Origin: Promethearchaeota archaeon
Lineage (GTDB): Archaea > Asgardarchaeota > Lokiarchaeia > Sigyniarchaeales > SOKP01
Reading direction: 5' to 3'
Length of the DNA: 64,000 bases
Assembly (NCBI GenBank): GCA_048941015.1
Contig: JBHLNZ010000003.1
Location: 60,797-124,796 of the forward strand
Part shown: positions 57,438 to 64,000 of the stretch, in pieces
Numbering within the stretch: position 1 is the stretch's first letter
How the letters are laid out: each line of letters opens with the position of its first letter
The notes under the pieces: generated by a model
What the model was told of the DNA's origin: nothing
What the model saw: only the letters and a program-made list of their open reading frames with translations
Databases searched by the model: none
Made by a program: the position numbers and the translations under genes

Positions 57438-58853
57438 TCACGTAGAATTTTTAAGTTGGTATATTATTTCTTCTACACTCTTTCTAGATGGAGCTTTTAC
57501 ATCTTCAATTGGATACCCTACAGTAAAAAAAGCCATAGGAATATAACTTTTTGGAAGATTTAAAATCCTTTTTACGATTTCTTTGGCAAACAAAGGAGCA
57601 CAATACCAACAAGAAGCTAAGTTTTCTAATTCAAGAGCGAGAAGTAGATAAGTTGCTGAGCTACTAATACTTTGAACACCCATTATAAATTCATTTTGAT
57701 TCTGTTCATCATTTGTATATCTTTCCAATTCATTTGTATCCATACATAAAACTATAAGAATTGGAGCCTTTAAAAAACGATTTCTTGATTTTTTTATTTT
57801 TGAATCAATAAATCTTTCTGATTTACCATCTTTTTCTAAATCACTTCTCAACTTATTGTTCATTTCATTTATTAAATCTTCACGTTGCTGCCCTTGTTCC
57901 ATAATAATATAACGCCAAAACTGACCATTATGAGCACTTGGAGCCCATCTGGCAATTTCAATACATCTTTTGATGATTTCAACATCTACAATATTAGAGT
58001 CGAACTTTAATTTATAACTTCTTCTCGATTTAAGAAAATTAACAAATTCAGACTTTTTTTCACTTCTAAATAAATCAACACTCTTTTCTCTTAGAATGGG
58101 TTTTATAGTTGCATTATTGCTAAAATTAAAGTCATATCCTCTAATTAAAGCAATTGGTATACCCTCATTTGCTTCTCCCATGATTAACTGAGCCGCAGAG
58201 GCTAAAGCATCAGCTTGTCCAATAATTGTGGTCTTAAGTTCATGTCCAAAAAGGTCTAATGTACCCCGTTTATCGAGTAAAGGTTCTATCCCAGAGACTC
58301 CGAGTGCAACGCCAACTGATCCTGTTCTAAAAGGTCTTCCAAACGAATCAGAAATTATAACTGCTACATCATTTCCAGTCAATAAATTCAAAGATTTTCT
58401 GATTTTTTCAGCATCTTCATCTGAATTTTCTGGAAGCAATGAGAAATTTTCTTCACCCTCTACATTGGATTTATCTATTCCCGCGTTAGCACAAATATAA
58501 CCATGTTTAGTTTCAGTAATTAAAACATGTTCAATTTTAATTAATTCTTTAGATTCATCAATAATCAATTGGATTAATCTTGGATCTTTCATAGGAAGAT
58601 CAAATTTTTCCATCTTTGGTTTAATATTCTCGAAAATTTCCATTGCTTCTTGACTAGGTTTAATTTCTCTCAGATTTTTTACATTTCCATTACTTTTTGA
58701 GATAATTGTTTGAGCAATAACAAGAATATCTCCATTATTTAAAATAATCCTATTTTTTCTTAGTGAGTCTGTTATAATATCTGCTATCATATCTCCTTCT
58801 TTAATTAAGGGGATACCTTTTAAACCAATAATTTGAATTTTATTTTTATTCAT
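57438..58853 (-). CDS. cofE: F420-0:gamma-glutamyl ligase fused to a nitroreductase domain (FbiB-like)
   Basis: ICANAGID.SN, DSFGRPFR.G, MGEA.EG.P; then RRS..., WAPSAHN.Q.WR. Confidence 0.9.
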   Translation of the reverse strand: MNKNKIQIIGLKGIPLIKEGDMIADIITDSLRKNRIILNNGDILVIAQTIISKSNGNVKNLREIKPSQEAMEIFENIKPKMEKFDLPMKDPRLIQLIIDESKELIKIEHVLITETKHGYICANAGIDKSNVEGEENFSLLPENSDEDAEKIRKSLNLLTGNDVAVIISDSFGRPFRTGSVGVALGVSGIEPLLDKRGTLDLFGHELKTTIIGQADALASAAQLIMGEANEGIPIALIRGYDFNFSNNATIKPILREKSVDLFRSEKKSEFVNFLKSRRSYKLKFDSNIVDVEIIKRCIEIARWAPSAHNGQFWRYIIMEQGQQREDLINEMNNKLRSDLEKDGKSERFIDSKIKKSRNRFLKAPILIVLCMDTNELERYTNDEQNQNEFIMGVQSISSSATYLLLALELENLASCWYCAPLFAKEIVKRILNLPKSYIPMAFFTVGYPIEDVKAPSRKSVEEIIYQLKNST

Positions 58854-59919
58854 TTCCTTTCCCTAATAATTTCAAATATCTTTTAATTTCTGAATTATTA
58901 CTCACAGCAAATTTTTCAAACTTTTCTGGAATTGCACAACAAGCGGAATAAAAATCAAACTTAATATCAGGATTACGATTTTTTAACCAGCTTAAAGTTT
59001 TTGACGAAGGTATCTCTATTCTTGTTATTCCTGATTTTATCGCTAACTTTTCAATCTCCACTTTAATTTCTCCCCGTGGTCTCATACATCCTAACGAAAT
59101 CTCTGTTTTTGGAAAAACATATCTTATTAATGCAATCACCTTAGCTATATCAACTGGTTTTGGTATTAGAAATTTGTTATTCGATTGTTTAGGTGGTATC
59201 AGAGCAATTATAACAATCAAAGAGGGATCAATACCGGAGTCTTTAATAAATTTAATCGATTGAAGTTCTTTATGAATTTTACCATAATATAATCCAACAC
59301 AAATATGAGGAACGATATTTAAATTATACTTTTTTAAAATTTTAACTGCATCTTTATAATCACTTAAGCTTTTTCTTAAATGGTAAATCTCGCTAAGAAT
59401 TTCTTCATCCATGTTGATATCAAACGAAATTATATCTATGTTTGCTTCAGCTAATTTCTTTGCTGTCAGTTCATTTAACAAGCCAGTATGAGTGTTTATA
59501 ATCAAATTTGTCTGAGCTTTTACTTTCTTTATCGAATCCAAAAAATTAAGTAATGGAACCGAACCATTAGATTCACAACCACCTGATATTAAAGCGCCAG
59601 TACCGCCTTGATGGTATAAATTTATTAAATATTTCTCTAAACTTATCTTATCTAAAATTGGTTTCATACTTTTTAAATACTTCTCATTACAATGTTCACA
59701 TTTTAAAGCACACTTATCACCGGTAATACTTATTGTTGGAAACCTTTTATTAGGGGTGTATATTTTAAGTTTGTTCCCAAAATAATGAGATTTAATTTTT
59801 TGAGCAAGTTTGAAAAAGGGCTCCAATTCTTCAGAATTCAAATCTAAAAAATCTGAATAATCCTTCCAACTAGCGTCCTCTGCTTTAATTTTGTTATAAA
59901 TTTCAGTGATTCGTCTCAT
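58846..59919 (-). CDS. lipS1: Radical SAM lipoyl synthase subunit LipS1
   Basis: CxxxCxxC, LISGG, GCMR and CC motifs; adjacent to a lipoate ligase. Confidence 0.8.
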   Translation of the reverse strand: MRRITEIYNKIKAEDASWKDYSDFLDLNSEELEPFFKLAQKIKSHYFGNKLKIYTPNKRFPTISITGDKCALKCEHCNEKYLKSMKPILDKISLEKYLINLYHQGGTGALISGGCESNGSVPLLNFLDSIKKVKAQTNLIINTHTGLLNELTAKKLAEANIDIISFDINMDEEILSEIYHLRKSLSDYKDAVKILKKYNLNIVPHICVGLYYGKIHKELQSIKFIKDSGIDPSLIVIIALIPPKQSNNKFLIPKPVDIAKVIALIRYVFPKTEISLGCMRPRGEIKVEIEKLAIKSGITRIEIPSSKTLSWLKNRNPDIKFDFYSACCAIPEKFEKFAVSNNSEIKRYLKLLGKGNE

Positions 59920-59928
59920 ATTAATATA

Positions 59929-60708
59929 TTATTCGTATTTCTTTAACCATTTAATGTCCGCATATTTTTCTTTTACTAAATTTTCTGCTAATTCTAATTC
60001 AAATGGAGAATATACTCCTCGGATGAGTTTTATGTTTAAGTTACTTTCAAATCCTTCTTTTAAAGCTGAAATAAAATTCTTTTCGTTAAAATTTTTTATA
60101 AAACTCTTTAATCCAATCACTTTAGAATAAACTGATTTAACCATCTTTGATTTACTAACATTATTTGGTGCTTTTAACACAGAATACATAAGATCGGGAT
60201 CAATATCAATTAAAATTGTTCCATGTTGGAGCAAATGTCCCTTTTTTCTAACTTGCGCATTACCAGAAAATTTTTTTCCATCTAAGAATATTGCTGGACA
60301 ATGAATAATTCCCTTCTCCGGATTTAATCCATAAATAGCTAAACCTTTTACTATACCATTTTCTACAATCTCAAATTGTTCTATTACTTTATAGGAGTTA
60401 GTTTGTTCCAGAAATTTTAATGGGCAAACAATTGAATAAGTAATTTCTCTAAATTCATCATGAAATACAGCTCCACCACCAGTAATTCTCCTAACTATAT
60501 TAAAACCTTTTTCTTTGGCAATTTTAATATTAACTTCATCAGATAAACTCTGATTCCTGCCAAGAGATACTGTTGAAGGTCTCCATTTATAAAAACGGAT
60601 TGTATTAGGAGATTTTTTTTCTATAACGGCTCTTAATATGGCTTCATCTAATGCCATATTCCAATAGCCATTTCTGATTTCTAAATCTATTAATCTCCAA
60701 ACATTCAT
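59929..60708 (-). CDS. Lipoate/octanoate-protein ligase (LplA/LipM family)
   Basis: NMALDEA, RR.TGGGAVFH, GKK.SG.AQ.R....LQHGT. Confidence 0.92.
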   Translation of the reverse strand: MNVWRLIDLEIRNGYWNMALDEAILRAVIEKKSPNTIRFYKWRPSTVSLGRNQSLSDEVNIKIAKEKGFNIVRRITGGGAVFHDEFREITYSIVCPLKFLEQTNSYKVIEQFEIVENGIVKGLAIYGLNPEKGIIHCPAIFLDGKKFSGNAQVRKKGHLLQHGTILIDIDPDLMYSVLKAPNNVSKSKMVKSVYSKVIGLKSFIKNFNEKNFISALKEGFESNLNIKLIRGVYSPFELELAENLVKEKYADIKWLKKYE

Positions 60709-60725
60709 TTTTATTTAGGATATTT

Positions 60726-61730
60726 TCAATAAACAAATGCTAATAATGATTGAAAAATACTTTCTTTCTCATTTTTATTTAGATTTCTTGGATAGTTATA
60801 AATTGGACCTGAAGGTCTTGATGTATAATATGGACGGTTACAACCTGGGCAGCCAGACGTCATAAAAGCAGAACTCTCATCTACTATGTGCCGTAAATCA
60901 ATTTTATTTAATCTAATTTTAATAAGATCACCTTTCATATTAAATGTAAAATCATTAATACTAAAATTTTTCTCTAAAATAAGAAATCGTGCTAATTGGA
61001 TTTTCCTAAAATTTAAAATAGAAGGTTTATGTATATTTTCTAGCCTCGTTCCTTTAATAGGAGTGAATGCAAATAAACTAATCCTAATTTTCAACTTGTT
61101 TAGTTGATCTACTAACTCTATTATATCTTTTAACGTCTCTCCTAAACCTACTATTACATGTGTGGTTACTTGGCCTTCACCAAAAATATCCAATGCTTCC
61201 TTTAGAGTTTGAAAGTGTGATTCCCACTTATAAGGACCACCAATATTCTTTCCTTTAATTTTTTCAAATAATTCTGGAGTTGATGCATCTAATGCAATTC
61301 CAACCCTATCAACACCGAATACTTTTAAGTCATTTAACCTTTCTTTCGACATTGGTGGTATAGCAACTGATAAAGGAATATTTGTAATTTTCTTAATATT
61401 AACAACAATTTCAGTAAGATCTTGAAAATTTTGAGAATAATTTAAGGTTTGGATGCAAATCCTTTTAAATCTTCTCGTAGGTGGCATATAACTTAATTTA
61501 GTTAAAAATTCTTTGAAATAAAAAACCGGCCAGGTTACACGAGATAATTTCTCTGTTGAACTTATAGAGTCTCTAGCCTGAGGGCAAAATCCACAATTTG
61601 CTAAACAACGCCCTTCTAGAAATGTCATGAGATAACAAGTAGTGGGTAAATCTTTAAAATCTTTAATTTCATATAAGCCAAGTACCGAGGCACTTCCAAT
61701 AGAGATTCTAATTTTCTCAACAGTCATCAT
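60726..61730 (-). CDS. lipS2: Radical SAM lipoyl synthase subunit LipS2
   Basis: CLANCGFC, LSRVTWP, C-terminal TSGCPGCNRP. Confidence 0.82.
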   Translation of the reverse strand: MMTVEKIRISIGSASVLGLYEIKDFKDLPTTCYLMTFLEGRCLANCGFCPQARDSISSTEKLSRVTWPVFYFKEFLTKLSYMPPTRRFKRICIQTLNYSQNFQDLTEIVVNIKKITNIPLSVAIPPMSKERLNDLKVFGVDRVGIALDASTPELFEKIKGKNIGGPYKWESHFQTLKEALDIFGEGQVTTHVIVGLGETLKDIIELVDQLNKLKIRISLFAFTPIKGTRLENIHKPSILNFRKIQLARFLILEKNFSINDFTFNMKGDLIKIRLNKIDLRHIVDESSAFMTSGCPGCNRPYYTSRPSGPIYNYPRNLNKNEKESIFQSLLAFVY

Positions 61731-61853
61731 TTTTCCTTAATTATTTTATGAAGTTAAGTTTTTTCCCTCAAAATAATAACATTACTCGAAAAAAATTTAT
61801 TCAATAAATAATTCAAAATTATATTTAATAGAGCTTATTTAAAATAATTTAGT

Positions 61854-64000
61854 GTGATTATATTGAAAGAGTATGATCCTCAAAAGATTGAAAATAAATG
61901 GCAAAAAATTTGGGAAGATAAAAACATCTTTGAAGTTAAAGAGGATCTAGCGAATAAGAAAAATAAGTATTACGTTTTAGAGATGTATCCTTATCCTTCA
62001 TCTGAATTGCATATAGGACATTTGAGAAATTATTCAATAGGAGATGCCTTTGCCAGATTCAAAAGAATGCGTGGTTATAATGTTCTTTATCCAATGGGAT
62101 ATGATTCATTTGGACTACCTGCTGAAAATGCTGCTATTGATCAAGGTGTAAATCCTGAAGAGTGGACAAATTCAAATATTAAAGCAATCAAAAAACAACA
62201 AAAACGAATAGGTCTATCATATGACTGGACACGCCTAATTTTCAGTCATGATCCTAACTTTTATAAATGGGATCAATGGTTTTTTTTGAAAATGTATGAA
62301 AAAGGGCTTGCTTATAGACAGAAATCTTATGTAAATTGGTGCCCACATTGTGCCACTGTTTTAGCGAATGAACAAGTACAAGGCGGGAAATGTTGGCGTT
62401 GTAACTCTGAAGTAGATCAAAAATTTCTTACCCAATGGTTTTTGAAAATTAGGGCTTATTCTGAAGAACTCTTGGATGGATTGAATATAGTTGATTGGCC
62501 TGAAAAAGTAAAAACAATGCAAAGAAATTGGATCGGGCGATCTGAGGGATCAATAATTAAATTTCCTATTATAGGAGAGGAGAGAACAATTGATATCTTT
62601 ACAACTAGAGCAGATACTTTATTTGGTGTTACCTTTATGGTTTTTGCTCCAGAGCATCCATGGGTTAGAGAATGGGTTAACGGTACAGAATATGAAAAAT
62701 CATTTAACAATTTTTATAAAGAAATTGTTAAACAAAATAAATTTGAACGGACCGACCTTCAAGTAGAAAAAATAGGGATGTATATCGGAAAAAAAGCCAT
62801 AAATCCCATTACTAAAGAAGAAGTTCCGATTTTTATTGGAAATTTTGTAGTATATGAATATGGTGCTGGAGCAGTAATGGCTGTTCCTGGTCATGATCAA
62901 AGAGATTTCGAGTTTGCCAAGAAATATGATATACCTATTAAAATAGTAATACAACCATATAATTACGAATTAAAATCAGATAAAATGAATCGTGCATATG
63001 AGGGAGACGGAATCTTAGTAAATTCTGAGGAATTTAATGGAATTGAAAATAGATCTGCTATCGATGCAATAACTAAAAAATTAGAAAAAATGGGAATGGG
63101 AAAATCGACGATTAATTACAAACTAAGAGATTGGTTGATATCTCGTCAAAGATACTGGGGATGTCCTATTCCTATTATTTATTGCAATGATTGTGGAACA
63201 GTTCCTGTACCATATTCAGATCTTCCAGTTAAGTTGCCTGAGGATGTTGATTTTACTGCTAAAGGCAATCCTTTAAGAACTAGTTTGAAATTTGTTAAAA
63301 TTAAATGCCCAAAATGTGGTAAACAAGCAAAAAGGGAGACTGATACAATGGATACTTTTGTAGATAGTTCATGGTATTTCTTTCGATATTGTGATCCAAA
63401 ATATGAAAAACTTCCATACAGAAAGGAAATTATTAATTATTGGGGAAATATTGACCAATACATAGGAGGCGTTGAACATGCGGTAATGCATTTACTGTAT
63501 GCTCGTTTTTTCACTAAAGTAGCTCGAGATCTTGGTTTACACTCAATCGATGAACCATTTCAGAAATTACTCACACAAGGTATGATAAATAAGGCGCATC
63601 CTTATTGTCCCAATTGCGATGCATTTGCAATGAAAACAGAAATGAATAACAAGAAATGTAAAAGATGTGGAACGAATTATATAATGAAGAGTGTGAAGAT
63701 GAGTAAAAGTTTAGGTAATACTGTAGATCCTATTGGAATTATGAATAAATTTGGTGCTGATGCAGCAAGATTTTTTATTCTTTTTGGCGCAAGTCCTAAA
63801 TCTGGATTAGAGTGGTCTGATGAGGGCGTAGATTTTGCTTTTAAATTTATTAAAAACACTTTTCAATTACTTTCCGAACCAGTAAAAGATATTAGGCCCG
63901 ATAAAAACATTATAGATACATTAATGAAATATAATTTAAATAATACCATAAAGCGTATAACTGAAAGCTTTGAAAAAATTGAAATTAGAGACGCTGTTAA
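61854..64000 (+). CDS. leuS: Leucine--tRNA ligase, bacterial type (partial, runs off the window; absent from the ORF track)
   Basis: Translated by hand: YDPQKIENKWQ, EMYPYPS..LHIGH, FGLPAENAA, TVLANEQV, LRDWLISRQRYWG, RETDTMDTF, YIGGVEHA..HLLYARF, KMSKS. Start is GTG 61854 or TTG 61863. Confidence 0.93.
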   Translation, partial: MIILKEYDPQKIENKWQKIWEDKNIFEVKEDLANKKNKYYVLEMYPYPSSELHIGHLRNYSIGDAFARFKRMRGYNVLYPMGYDSFGLPAENAAIDQGVNPEEWTNSNIKAIKKQQKRIGLSYDWTRLIFSHDPNFYKWDQWFFLKMYEKGLAYRQKSYVNWCPHCATVLANEQVQGGKCWRCNSEVDQKFLTQWFLKIRAYSEELLDGLNIVDWPEKVKTMQRNWIGRSEGSIIKFPIIGEERTIDIFTTRADTLFGVTFMVFAPEHPWVREWVNGTEYEKSFNNFYKEIVKQNKFERTDLQVEKIGMYIGKKAINPITKEEVPIFIGNFVVYEYGAGAVMAVPGHDQRDFEFAKKYDIPIKIVIQPYNYELKSDKMNRAYEGDGILVNSEEFNGIENRSAIDAITKKLEKMGMGKSTINYKLRDWLISRQRYWGCPIPIIYCNDCGTVPVPYSDLPVKLPEDVDFTAKGNPLRTSLKFVKIKCPKCGKQAKRETDTMDTFVDSSWYFFRYCDPKYEKLPYRKEIINYWGNIDQYIGGVEHAVMHLLYARFFTKVARDLGLHSIDEPFQKLLTQGMINKAHPYCPNCDAFAMKTEMNNKKCKRCGTNYIMKSVKMSKSLGNTVDPIGIMNKFGADAARFFILFGASPKSGLEWSDEGVDFAFKFIKNTFQLLSEPVKDIRPDKNIIDTLMKYNLNNTIKRITESFEKIEIRDAV

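Noticed and set aside
1-64000. CRISPR arrays, IS elements, inteins, selenoprotein UGA/SECIS
   Set aside because: No spaced direct repeats, transposase or intein motifs, or in-frame TGA within conserved domains were seen by eye

Overview
Very AT-rich, gene-dense archaeal chromosomal segment. The content points to an Asgard archaeon, probably Lokiarchaeia (inference): L15e, MCM, GINS, Topo VI, SMC/ScpA/ScpB, a Rab-like GTPase, a longin/uDENN-like protein and a HEAT-repeat membrane protein. I see no CRISPR array, rRNA or mobile element. Housekeeping content includes valS, a partial bacterial-type leuS, coaBC, a pyrE-like gene, a glycyl radical enzyme, an orphan DpnB-like methyltransferase, two MoxR loci and a lipS2-lpl-lipS1-cofE/fbiB-cofD operon. 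The main unexplained signals are five. (1) A remodelled condensin locus: a 1482-aa SMC with no recognisable hinge and arms built from 90/98-aa repeats, plus a ScpA that must start at a non-canonical codon and carries a SAP/HeH-like module 60% identical to one in the tail of the enlarged Topo VIB. (2) tRNA-Ile(GAU) with a BHB-type intron at position 7/8, preceded by a leader that mimics the 5' exon. (3) tRNA-Ala(CGC) with two non-canonical introns whose splicing motifs overlap. (4) A double-guide C/D-box sRNA predicted to methylate the 23S P-loop G2251. (5) A MoxR/DUF58 surface cluster whose transglutaminase has lost its catalytic residues. All family assignments come from motif recognition, not database searches.
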